Shown: piece by piece, positions 39,169 to 47,097 of the stretch
How positions within the stretch are numbered: position 1 is the first letter of the stretch
How the letters are laid out: each line of letters opens with the position of its first letter
DNA from: a virus
Lineage: Duplodnaviria; Caudoviricetes
Strand: one strand, 5' to 3'
IMG/VR virus record: IMGVR_UViG_3300027779_000028
Location: 1,524 to 65,523 of that record
DNA length: 64,000 bases
The notes under the pieces: model-generated
The model's database searches: none
What the model was told of the DNA's origin: nothing
The model's input: only the letters and a program-made list of their open reading frames with translations
Made by a program: the position numbers and the translations under genes

Positions 39169-40796
39169 TCTTTTTCTAAAGAACGGGCCATAGTAATAAT
39201 GGCATTAGTACTTAAGATAGTTGTAGCTACCGATACAGCATTCTGCAAAGCTACCTTGGTGACCTTTAGAGGGTCTATAACACCCATATCTATCAGGTTG
39301 CCATACTTACTATTCTTTACGTCATAACCTTCTTTAGGTGCACCATCTTTTATCGTCCATTCGAAGTCATATACATCATCGAAAGAGGTCCCTGCGTTAA
39401 GAAGGATTTGTTCTATAGGAGCTTTAAGAGATTTAGAAAGCACCTCTTGTGCATACCATCTATCTTCATTATCATCTGAAGCATCTATTAGACAAGAACC
39501 TATAGCATTGTATAAAGCCATCCCCCCGCCCGGAAGGATACCCTCCTCTAAAGCAGAACGTACAGCACACACCGCATCGTCAACACGGTCAAATAACTCT
39601 TTCTGCTCTAGGTCAGTTTGACCCCCTACATGGATGACACCTATACCACCCGTAAGGGTAGCGATACGAGAACGTATAAACTCCTTCTCAACTTTTTTCT
39701 TCTCCTCCTTAACAGCTCCACGCAATTGAGCGATACGCTTCTTTAGTTCCTCACTAGGTTTGTCAGAAGACTGAAGAAGGATAGTAGACTCCCTTCCAAT
39801 AACAGCCTTAGAAACAATCCCCAAGTCAGTAGGCTCCATAAGACTTAAATCGTCACCCGTCTTCTCACTGAAATATGTCGCCCCTACAGCTGCTGCGATG
39901 TCTTGCATCAGCTCGTGCTGCTTATACCCGAAGTTTGGAGGAGAGATAATACACACCTTTAACCCGTTTTTCATAACGTTAGCAGCTAAAGTGTTTGTAA
40001 CTTGTTGAGAGACAGGAGCTATGATAAGCAACCTTTTCCCCGTAGGGATAATGTGGTTTAAAACTTTCTCTATCTGTAGTACACTGCTCACCTCAGCGTC
40101 AGAGACCATGATGTTGCAGTCTTCTAAAATACACTCGTCACGAGTATGGTCATTGATGAACAAAGGAGCTGTATACCCCTTGTCTATCTTGATACCGTGA
40201 GTGGTCTCGAAAGTGGTCTCGCTAGATTGACTATTCTCCACCGTAACAATCCCATCCTTACCAACAGATTTATATACCTTGGCAATTATCTCACCCACCG
40301 CTGTGTCATTGTTACTTGAGATAGTAGCTACATCAAGAAGACGCTTGTCAGTTAATGGCTCGCTAATACCCTCCAAGTACTTTATGATATCTTTAGTTAG
40401 GTTAGAAATTTCACGTAAGACATTGGTTTTATTTACACTCTCAGAATCTACCATGTCATAATAATTACACACCAAAGCCTCCGTAAGGACAATAGCAGTC
40501 GTCGTACCATCGCCCGCCTCGGACGCAGTCCTGTCCGATGCTTCTTTCATCATCCTAACAGCTAGGTTCTCTACCGGGTCAATTAGGTCAACAGCCTTAG
40601 CTACAGTAACACCATCCTTGGTGACTGTAATGCCATGAGTGTGGTTGGGAGATTCAATGAGTACCGTTTGACCGCTTGGCCCTAACGTACTCTTTACAGC
40701 TTTAGACATCTTAGTGACGCCTTCGATTAATCGTAAACGACCTTCGTCGTCAAACTGTAAGTCTTTGGGAGAGTATCCCGAATTGTCTTTAAACAT
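39165..40796 (-). CDS. groL: Chaperonin GroEL
   Basis: STLGPSG, TKDGVTVAK, AGDGTTTA, DDAVCAVRSALEEGILPGGG, GVIDPLKVTKVALQNAVSVA; TACCTTTG promoter at 40818-40825. Confidence 0.95.
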   Translation of the reverse strand: MFKDNSGYSPKDLQFDDEGRLRLIEGVTKMSKAVKSTLGPSGQTVLIESPNHTHGITVTKDGVTVAKAVDLIDPVENLAVRMMKEASDRTASEAGDGTTTAIVLTEALVCNYYDMVDSESVNKTNVLREISNLTKDIIKYLEGISEPLTDKRLLDVATISSNNDTAVGEIIAKVYKSVGKDGIVTVENSQSSETTFETTHGIKIDKGYTAPLFINDHTRDECILEDCNIMVSDAEVSSVLQIEKVLNHIIPTGKRLLIIAPVSQQVTNTLAANVMKNGLKVCIISPPNFGYKQHELMQDIAAAVGATYFSEKTGDDLSLMEPTDLGIVSKAVIGRESTILLQSSDKPSEELKKRIAQLRGAVKEEKKKVEKEFIRSRIATLTGGIGVIHVGGQTDLEQKELFDRVDDAVCAVRSALEEGILPGGGMALYNAIGSCLIDASDDNEDRWYAQEVLSKSLKAPIEQILLNAGTSFDDVYDFEWTIKDGAPKEGYDVKNSKYGNLIDMGVIDPLKVTKVALQNAVSVATTILSTNAIITMARSLEKE

Positions 40797-40824
40797 AAGA
40801 TTAGATTTAATTTAATTCAAAGGT

Positions 40825-40994
40825 ATGACAGAAATGTCGAAAATTTTTTTCTCTAGGGGGGGGGAGGAGAAATAAGTTACTTTATTTTTTCTTACATATA
40901 CGAGGAGGGAAAAATAGACATTACTGACATGGAGATTGATAATCAATTCTTTAAGAAAAATTTATCGTCATAGAATCGACATGGAACTGTCATA
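40825..40994. other. Origin-like element A (GACAT/GTCAT iterons around an IHF-consensus site)
   Basis: Aligns with 53393-53550; AATCAATTCTTTA at 40941-40953 fits WATCAANNNNTTR. Confidence 0.45.
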
Positions 40995-41023
40995 AAAGGA
41001 GGAATACATGACGATTCCTCCCC
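40994..41023 (-). terminator. Rho-independent terminator
   Basis: GGAGGAAT-loop-ATTCCTCC followed by TTTT on the minus strand, after ORF 41048-41230. Confidence 0.55.
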
Positions 41024-41047
41024 TTAATCAATCAATCAATGCATGGA

Positions 41048-41230
41048 CTACATCAACTTGAACATGTCTTTTCGCATCTCAGCTTGAACAATTCCGTCAG
41101 CAATCGTACTTACCTTGTTCTGATGACGAACTTGTTGACGTAAACGTGACGCTTCTGCAATTCCCGTTTCAGCAACAGGACGATTATTAATTAAACGTCC
41201 ATTCTTTATTGTAAGTCCTTCTCCTTTCAT
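41048..41230 (-). CDS. Hypothetical protein (start MKGEGLTIKNGRLIN)
   Basis: TATCTTAG element at 41253-41260 upstream; terminator downstream. Confidence 0.55.
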   Translation of the reverse strand: MKGEGLTIKNGRLINNRPVAETGIAEASRLRQQVRHQNKVSTIADGIVQAEMRKDMFKLM

Positions 41231-41675
41231 AATAATATATTTTAGTATGCCGCTAAGATACATCAAAAAATTTTATTAGACATGCAGAGTGTTTGGGTTA
41301 TAGAGTGTTTTACACGCGAGTTGGAGATTCTGAAACCGTTTTTTTTTAGGCACTTCTCTCAGATTTTGTTTTGGCTCTCCTGATATTTTTGGCGTTTTTT
41401 CATGGGGGCAGTGTGGCCGGCCATAGGTGGTGAGTGCTATAGCCATGCGCCACACCTTCGCGCTCGTTCCCTTCGTTAGTTCCCTTGCTCGTTCCTCCTT
41501 CGCGCCCCACGTTCCACGCCTTGATACAAGTCATTAGGCACATAGAGGCCTAACGTTATCCCTTCGCGCTCTATATCACGCCTACGATTCGCCTTGCTTG
41601 TATCCTTGTCAATGCTTGATATCATTAGACATTCAATACATTATCATATAAGACATAATTTAGACATGCTCTAAT

Positions 41676-41709
41676 TAGGAAATAGACATAAGTTAGACGT
41701 ATATTGCAA
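41676..41709 (+). promoter_or_regulatory. Early promoter P1 with TAGAC direct repeats
   Basis: TAGGAAATAGACATAAGTTAGACGTATATTGC; similar to P2/P3. Confidence 0.55.
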
Positions 41710-41749
41710 TATCTTACGTTTGTGAGGTAGGCAGTTTTGCCGCAAAACG

Positions 41750-41766
41750 AGTTCGGTCACCGAACT
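41750..41766. repeat. 17-bp palindrome AGTTCGGTCACCGAACT, copy 1
   Basis: Exact; 17 nt before ATG 41784. Confidence 0.95.
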
Positions 41767-41783
41767 CAAAAATTTAAGTTATC

Positions 41784-42521
41784 ATGAGTAAAGTTAAGGT
41801 TACACCCGAAGCAGACTTGCAGAATTTTCTTGCAGTCGATTCAGTCCAAAAAGGTCTGAAAATTGTTGAGATTAAGAACGGCCTAAAGCAGGTCAATGTC
41901 AGCGAGAAGGAAACGTTTAAGCGTTCAATGGAAACGGCTGAGTATATCGGTCAGGCAGTTCTATGGTATGGTGGTGAGGACGGTAAGATTCAGCGCAAGT
42001 TGGACAATATCAAATTCAACATTACCATCTTAGCACGTGAAGTTTTCGACCTAGGTAAGACGCAATTTTATGAGTACAATAATTGTTATAAGGCTCATAT
42101 GAAGAACGATAAAATACTCAAGGAGTATGTGAAATTCGTTGAGATGCAAAAGAAGGCCGGAGAGAATGAGAAATATACTTTGCTTGGATTCCTTCGATAT
42201 GCTAATGAGGAGGAGACCGGAGAAGATGAGGACTTAATCGACTACCCTACGAAGTTCGTAACCGGTAAGGGCAAGGCCGCAATAAAATGCCGCATGACGT
42301 CTGATGATGTCATTGACTTGCAAGGCAATTCGATTGATGACGTGCTGAACGTAGCGGAGCACCTTGTAAAGCAACTGCTTAAGATGATGGCTAAGGGTAA
42401 GGCGAAGGCCAAAGCCCCGGTAAGCGCAAGCGGTAAGGAACTCTTTGAGGCACTCGGTATGACGTCCGAAGCCGTTAAGGGTAAGGCGAAGGCCAAAGCT
42501 AAGAGTAAGGCGAAGGCGTAA
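41784..42521 (+). CDS. First early protein, with histone-H1-like KGKAKAKA tail
   Basis: 245 aa ORF; two KGKAKAKA repeats at the C-terminus. Confidence 0.7.
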   Translation: MSKVKVTPEADLQNFLAVDSVQKGLKIVEIKNGLKQVNVSEKETFKRSMETAEYIGQAVLWYGGEDGKIQRKLDNIKFNITILAREVFDLGKTQFYEYNNCYKAHMKNDKILKEYVKFVEMQKKAGENEKYTLLGFLRYANEEETGEDEDLIDYPTKFVTGKGKAAIKCRMTSDDVIDLQGNSIDDVLNVAEHLVKQLLKMMAKGKAKAKAPVSASGKELFEALGMTSEAVKGKAKAKAKSKAKA

Positions 42522-42535
42522 CGCCTGAGGCCATA

Positions 42536-42592
42536 AGCGGGGGGTGTGACTGAGTCACGGCCTATTGAGATGCGAGTCTCTCCCCCGCTCTA
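42536..42592 (+). ncRNA. Putative tRNA-like mini-structure 1
   Basis: AGCGGGGGG/TCCCCCGCT closing stem; inner hairpins GTGAC-TGA-GTCAC and GAGAT-GCGA-GTCTC; 3' CTA. Confidence 0.45.
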
Positions 42593-42598
42593 TTTACG

Positions 42599-42615
42599 AG
42601 TTCGGTCACCGAACT
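42599..42615. repeat. 17-bp palindrome, copy 2 (extends to 23 bp, followed by T7)
   Basis: Exact; 29 nt before ATG 42645. Confidence 0.95.
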
Positions 42616-42644
42616 CGTTTTTTTATTCACTTAATTCATTTACC

Positions 42645-42884
42645 ATGCTTAGTAATAATTTTCGAGTAGTTAGAGCCGGTCACGTTGACATTGATAGCGT
42701 CCGTATTGAGATACGTTACCTTCATATCGGGGGCGTTGACGAAGTAGTGGCCACAGGTCAATATAATATCCGTACGAATTGGGCGCACGTTATACGCTTA
42801 GAGGACTACGAAGATTTTTTATCCTCTGATTGGGAGGATGAAATGGTGGAGGCCATAGAGAGCCGAAGCATTGAGATAGATTAA
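42645..42884 (+). CDS. Hypothetical acidic early protein (start MLSNNF)
   Basis: In-frame ATG after the palindrome; the upstream extension lies in structured RNA. Confidence 0.6.
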   Translation: MLSNNFRVVRAGHVDIDSVRIEIRYLHIGGVDEVVATGQYNIRTNWAHVIRLEDYEDFLSSDWEDEMVEAIESRSIEID

Positions 42885-42891
42885 ACACACA

Positions 42892-42941
42892 AGCGGAGTC
42901 ATTGCGTGACTAGGGGAGATTCGCACCTCTCCTTCGCTCTA
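42892..42941 (+). ncRNA. Putative tRNA-like mini-structure 2
   Basis: AGCGGA/TTCGCT closing stem; inner GTCA-TTGCG-TGAC and GGAGA-TTCGCACC-TCTCC; 3' CTA; same topology as structure 1. Confidence 0.45.
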
Positions 42942-42968
42942 ATTTTATAAACCCTTAATCCATTTACC

Positions 42969-43157
42969 ATGCATAATTTTCAATACACACGAAACCTAGA
43001 AAAGCAAGTGACCGAACTACAAGCGGCCTTGCTGCGATGTCTTACTGAAATAAGAGAGAAGGACAAAAATATAACTTCCTCAGAGAAAAATCTTGAGATA
43101 GTAACGGACGAACGCGATTCGTGGAAGGATAAAGCGTGCGAACTTCAATTAAACTAA
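42969..43157 (+). CDS. Hypothetical coiled-coil early protein
   Basis: Start context CATTTACCATG shared with 42645. Confidence 0.55.
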   Translation: MHNFQYTRNLEKQVTELQAALLRCLTEIREKDKNITSSEKNLEIVTDERDSWKDKACELQLN

Positions 43158-43163
43158 ACCACC

Positions 43164-43391
43164 ATGACAAAGGACGAAATTATAAACGACTTGCGTAACG
43201 AGATTAAAAACTTAAGGCAAGCTATCGACTACCTACAAGAAATAGGTGAATATGGTGAGCCGCAACATGAGGACAATGATATGTCTTATCGTGACCAATG
43301 TAACGCAGACCGAAGTGACGATATACAAGCGAGATTAGAAAGGGGTGAAATAGACGAAGAAAATGCCGCTGAACTACGAATGGGTGCTTAA
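43164..43391 (+). CDS. Hypothetical acidic early protein
   Basis: ORF tiling; A-rich start. Confidence 0.55.
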   Translation: MTKDEIINDLRNEIKNLRQAIDYLQEIGEYGEPQHEDNDMSYRDQCNADRSDDIQARLERGEIDEENAAELRMGA

Positions 43392-43406
43392 CATATACAC
43401 GTGCTG

Positions 43407-43447
43407 ACTAGGAAATAGACATTAAATAGACTATCTTAGCATAGTAA
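43407..43447 (+). promoter_or_regulatory. Early promoter P2
   Basis: 31 bp identical to P3 (ACTAGGAAATAGACATTAAATAGACTATCTT); TAG-N20-TATCTTAG fits the Bacteroidota -33/-7 layout. Confidence 0.65.
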
Positions 43448-43472
43448 AGAGAGAGAGAAAAATTACAAAACG

Positions 43473-43489
43473 AGTTCGGTCACCGAACT
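43473..43489. repeat. 17-bp palindrome, copy 3
   Basis: Exact; 14 nt before ATG 43504. Confidence 0.95.
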
Positions 43490-43503
43490 GAAATAGATAT
43501 AAG

Positions 43504-43944
43504 ATGAAAAAGACAGAGATTGCAGAAGTGCAACCAAAATACAAGAGAAAGAATATGTCGGGTGTCCCTTCGATTCATAGCAGTAAAGACTGCAACGAGA
43601 TATTAAGGGTATTCTTTACGGACGTAACATATAAAGAGCAGTTCTTTATCATGTTATTAGATAGAGCAAATAACGTTCTAGGAGTTTCAAAAGTTTCTGA
43701 GGGCGGTTGTGCCGGGACTGTTGTAGATGGAAAGATAATTTTCCAAACTGCGTTAATATCGAACGCTCAAGCTATAATCCTATGCCACAATCATCCAAGC
43801 GGCCAACTATTTCCGAGTACGTCAGACTTAAATTTAACTGACAAAATACGAATGTTTGGTGGGTACATAGATATAAAAGTTTTAGACCACCTGATAATTA
43901 CGCGAGATGGGTTTTACTCATTCGCTGATAATGGAAAAATGTAA
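43504..43944 (+). CDS. radC: RadC-like JAB/MPN domain protein
   Basis: KEQFFIMLLDRAN...IILCHNHPSGQLFPSTSD...VLDHLII JAMM motif. Confidence 0.9.
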   Translation: MKKTEIAEVQPKYKRKNMSGVPSIHSSKDCNEILRVFFTDVTYKEQFFIMLLDRANNVLGVSKVSEGGCAGTVVDGKIIFQTALISNAQAIILCHNHPSGQLFPSTSDLNLTDKIRMFGGYIDIKVLDHLIITRDGFYSFADNGKM

Positions 43945-44171
43945 TAACTGAGGAAAGTAAGTCGAGCTACCCTTATTAGAGTAGGGAATATAGGGCGCAT
44001 TAAAATCAGTAAAATAGCAGTCATGGTGATTGTGTGTAAGCGATAAACTCCACCTATTTTCACATCGAGACATTCTCGGTGGTAGGTCACTAAGTGAGAC
44101 TAGCAGATGGAATAGAAAAGGCCTGCAAGTGAAACACAATATGAGTTCGATTCTCATGCTGTTACTAACCG

Positions 44172-44188
44172 AGTTCGGTCACCGAACT
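44172..44188. repeat. 17-bp palindrome, copy 4
   Basis: Exact; 15 nt before ATG 44204. Confidence 0.95.
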
Positions 44189-44203
44189 CAAAATATCCAT
44201 ACA

Positions 44204-44599
44204 ATGGAAAATTTATCTAAGACCATAGCTGAGGTCAAATCAGCACTAGACCAAGCAACTCAAATGCTTGACGAAAATCAAAGTCTAAGAGACGAGATTC
44301 AAAGTCTCAAGTTAAGTCCAAACGCTCACCGCAACGAGCGTGAACTAAGGATTGCTCAACTTTCTTTCGAGCAAGGAATAGAGTCAGTCTTATCTCAGCT
44401 AAGAGACAACGAGTTTGAAACCGAACATTCGGTTGAGGAGTCATGCTATGAGAACGGCTTTGAAGTGACCTTCCAAAAAGAAGTAGATGTTTGTATACCT
44501 ATTAGCGAAATCATTGACGAACATTATAGTAAGGAGTCGCAAGAGGTTATTGATGCGATGTTAATGGACGAAGTTATTAATGGCGATAAAATCAAATAG
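44204..44599 (+). CDS. Hypothetical acidic coiled-coil protein (start MENLSK)
   Basis: In-frame ATG after the palindrome. Confidence 0.6.
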   Translation: MENLSKTIAEVKSALDQATQMLDENQSLRDEIQSLKLSPNAHRNERELRIAQLSFEQGIESVLSQLRDNEFETEHSVEESCYENGFEVTFQKEVDVCIPISEIIDEHYSKESQEVIDAMLMDEVINGDKIK

Positions 44600-44834
44600 A
44601 GAAAGAATGATAAAGATTTACTTACCCTTATTAAAGGAACAGAAAGAAAGAAAGATATTATTTTCTTCTACGCTATCCGAGTGCAGATTTGAAACGTCTG
44701 AGAGTACACGACATGAATTAAGCAAAGATTTATGGACTGATGACAACAAAGAATTTGAGAGGCGCGAAGGACTACTAAAAGATGATAGTTTTTTCAATAT
44801 GTCGCCTTATAACTATAATATAATCCGAAGTTAA
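44580..44834 (+). CDS. Hypothetical early protein
   Basis: ORF tiling. Confidence 0.5.
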   Translation: MAIKSNRERMIKIYLPLLKEQKERKILFSSTLSECRFETSESTRHELSKDLWTDDNKEFERREGLLKDDSFFNMSPYNYNIIRS

Positions 44835-44835
44835 G

Positions 44836-45204
44836 ATGAATAAGAATCCCCAAGACCAAGAAGCAGTAATTAGCGTACTGCTCTCCACTATTGAGAAATT
44901 ACGCGAAGAACTTAGAGATAGTAATGAAGCAATTTCACACTATCAAGACGTTGAACGCACCTTGTTAAAAAATCAAGGTCTAACCGGAGAGGAAGTAGAA
45001 TATGTAAACCCTAGTAATACGCCCCCATGCCATGACGAATTGCATGAGTGGGCGAAAGTTAATCTCTTACCACAAGAAGATGCCGAGACACAATTAAGAT
45101 TTGGGAGAGGAGAGGAAAGTTATGACGAGGACTATATATTACATAGATGGAAACTAGCCGAGTTCGGTCACCGAACTATAAATTGGAAAAGAAAACATGG
45201 GTAA
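44836..45204 (+). CDS. Hypothetical early protein (3' end reads through palindrome copy 5)
   Basis: ORF tiling. Confidence 0.5.
   Translation: MNKNPQDQEAVISVLLSTIEKLREELRDSNEAISHYQDVERTLLKNQGLTGEEVEYVNPSNTPPCHDELHEWAKVNLLPQEDAETQLRFGRGEESYDEDYILHRWKLAEFGHRTINWKRKHG
45161..45177. repeat. 17-bp palindrome, copy 5
   Basis: Exact; 19 nt before ATG 45197. Confidence 0.95.
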
Positions 45205-45355
45205 CTACACTAACGCTCAAATAGAATCTATGTACCTAGATTGGTTCAATAATTTCCTATCAGGCCAAGCGTGGCGAGATTATTACAACCTAAGCATGGC
45301 TGAGGGGGAAAATATCTTAGACATTGGCAGTAAACTAAATAATAAGAACGCATGA
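45197..45355 (+). CDS. Small conserved phage protein (52 aa, MYLDWFNNFLS motif)
   Basis: Below cutoff; MGNYTNAQIESMYLDWFNNFLSGQAWRDYYNLSMAEGENILDIG; ATGA overlap with the next gene. Confidence 0.65.
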   Translation: MGNYTNAQIESMYLDWFNNFLSGQAWRDYYNLSMAEGENILDIGSKLNNKNA

Positions 45356-45786
45356 GAACTATAACGACAAAAGTATATAAAATATACGAACACTCTAACC
45401 GAGAAAAGTGTTATGAGTGGATAAGAGAAAATTGGTACGACTTAAACGAGCATAGCCTTCGTGATGTAGTTGAAAGTATTAACGCCCTGACAAAAATAAT
45501 TGGAGGCTCAAATGACTATTCAATAAGCCAAAACCCCGATAGAAATGAATTTATAAATTTCAGGGATTATGACGAAGAAGAATTAAGCAAACTTGATGCG
45601 CAAAAATGTCCCTTAACCGGAACTTGGTGCGATGTCGATGTGATTGAAGGATTAAGAGAGAAGAATATGAGTAAATTATTAAATGCTATACACGAAGAAA
45701 CTGAGTACATGTATTCAGATGAGGGATTATTTGAATTATGCGAATGTAACGAGTATGAATTTGATGAGGAAGGAAATATACACTAA
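45352..45786 (+). CDS. Conserved early protein (TKVY...EYMYSDE...NEYEFDEEG family)
   Basis: Terminal motifs recur in phage and plasmid early proteins; function unknown. Confidence 0.55.
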   Translation: MRTITTKVYKIYEHSNREKCYEWIRENWYDLNEHSLRDVVESINALTKIIGGSNDYSISQNPDRNEFINFRDYDEEELSKLDAQKCPLTGTWCDVDVIEGLREKNMSKLLNAIHEETEYMYSDEGLFELCECNEYEFDEEGNIH

Positions 45787-45789
45787 CCG

Positions 45790-45806
45790 AGTTCGGTGAC
45801 CGAACT
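45790..45806. repeat. 17-bp palindrome, copy 6 (central G, equivalent to inverted copy)
   Basis: AGTTCGGTGACCGAACT; 20 nt before ATG 45827. Confidence 0.95.
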
Positions 45807-45826
45807 CTTAATATAAGAAAGAAATA

Positions 45827-46009
45827 ATGGAGATGAATGACTACAAAAACCCGCCTAACCCGTACCACGAAGCTAAATTTGAAGCGTGGAAAAACTACAC
45901 TGATGCGTACCATTTCGGTGCACCCATGCGCATACAAGAACGGCTATACAAAGCCTTCGAAATAGCTAGTGAACACTACGAAAATAACCCCCAAACAATA
46001 TTCAATTAA
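45827..46009 (+). CDS. Hypothetical early protein
   Basis: Follows the palindrome. Confidence 0.55.
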   Translation: MEMNDYKNPPNPYHEAKFEAWKNYTDAYHFGAPMRIQERLYKAFEIASEHYENNPQTIFN

Positions 46010-46011
46010 TC

Positions 46012-46269
46012 ATGAACAATAATAAACTTATAGCAGAATTTATGGGGGAGGAACAGTTATGCTTACCTCACGAACTAAAATACCACACCTCGTGGGATTG
46101 GTTGTGGCCGGTAATAATTAAGTGCAAGGAATCAATAGACTATTGCAGTGATGATAACGCACTTAAGTACCACAACATAGAGGATGAGATGTTATCTCAG
46201 CTATCTATAGAGGATACATACAACGCAGTAGTAGAATTTATTAAAACATATAACAATGACACAATTTGA
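46012..46269 (+). CDS. NKLIAEFMG...SWDWL family paralog 1
   Basis: Three conserved blocks shared with three other ORFs. Confidence 0.75.
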   Translation: MNNNKLIAEFMGEEQLCLPHELKYHTSWDWLWPVIIKCKESIDYCSDDNALKYHNIEDEMLSQLSIEDTYNAVVEFIKTYNNDTI

Positions 46270-46759
46270 ACAAGACTTAAAGCAAGATTTAAGCGTAAAC
46301 GGAAAAGACTCATCCAAAGGGATGTGGAATCTCATAGTATCTAAGCGCGACTTAGGACTATGGAGTAAGATAGGTATGAAACCTAATAGACATTGGAAAG
46401 TTACTGATGTCAAGAAATACTTCGGACTCAAGGGCAACAAGCATAAGATATACGAGGACATATGTAAGATGGTGGATGAGTACACTAAGCTACCGACCAT
46501 GACACGCAACGACTTCATTGAAAAATACTTTGTACCTACGCTGAACGAGAAGGAAAAGGAAGGTGTAGCGTTAGGGTTTATAGGTTGGGAAGATAGCTTC
46601 CTAGATGAGTGGGGGAAGAAGGTAGGAGTAACCATAGACCATAACGCTGACCGAGAGCAATGCGATGGGTGTGAAGAATACTTTGAGGGGGATGATATGT
46701 CCTACAATGATGATAACGATAATGTTGAATGTGATACGTGCTACGGCACTAAATACTAA
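46256..46759 (+). CDS. Hypothetical protein with C-terminal CxxC..CxxC zinc ribbon
   Basis: GMKPNRHWKVTDVKKYFGLKG domain plus CDGC...CDTC. Confidence 0.6.
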   Translation: MTQFEQDLKQDLSVNGKDSSKGMWNLIVSKRDLGLWSKIGMKPNRHWKVTDVKKYFGLKGNKHKIYEDICKMVDEYTKLPTMTRNDFIEKYFVPTLNEKEKEGVALGFIGWEDSFLDEWGKKVGVTIDHNADREQCDGCEEYFEGDDMSYNDDNDNVECDTCYGTKY

Positions 46760-46765
46760 TAAATT

Positions 46766-47053
46766 ATGAAAGACACAAATCAAGTACAAGAAGCCCTTGA
46801 AAACAAGGCAAAGAAAGAACTGCAAAGAGTTGTAGACGAGTTTCAGATATCACTTAACGCACTAGATAAGACATATCTTCAACCTCGTTCGTATGTCATG
46901 CAAGAAAGTCGAAGCACTGATGCTAAGAAGTTTACTTATGTCAGACCTGAGCAAGTAGGGTATATACTTCACGACATGCTCGTAGAAGCCTACTTAAAAC
47001 CTATGGTAAATAAAAAGACACGAGAGTTATTAAGTAAACTCGAATTAGTGTAA
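46766..47053 (+). CDS. Hypothetical early protein
   Basis: ORF tiling. Confidence 0.55.
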   Translation: MKDTNQVQEALENKAKKELQRVVDEFQISLNALDKTYLQPRSYVMQESRSTDAKKFTYVRPEQVGYILHDMLVEAYLKPMVNKKTRELLSKLELV

Positions 47054-47056
47054 TTC

Positions 47057-47097
47057 ACTAGGAAATAGACATTAAATAGACTATCTTTATATAGTAA
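47057..47097 (+). promoter_or_regulatory. Early promoter P3
   Basis: 31 bp identical to P2, then ATAGTAA. Confidence 0.65.

Noticed and set aside
44090-44168. Complete tRNA gene
   Set aside because: T-arm is canonical but I could not build D and anticodon arms at tRNA spacing, and there is no CCA; kept only as tRNA-like
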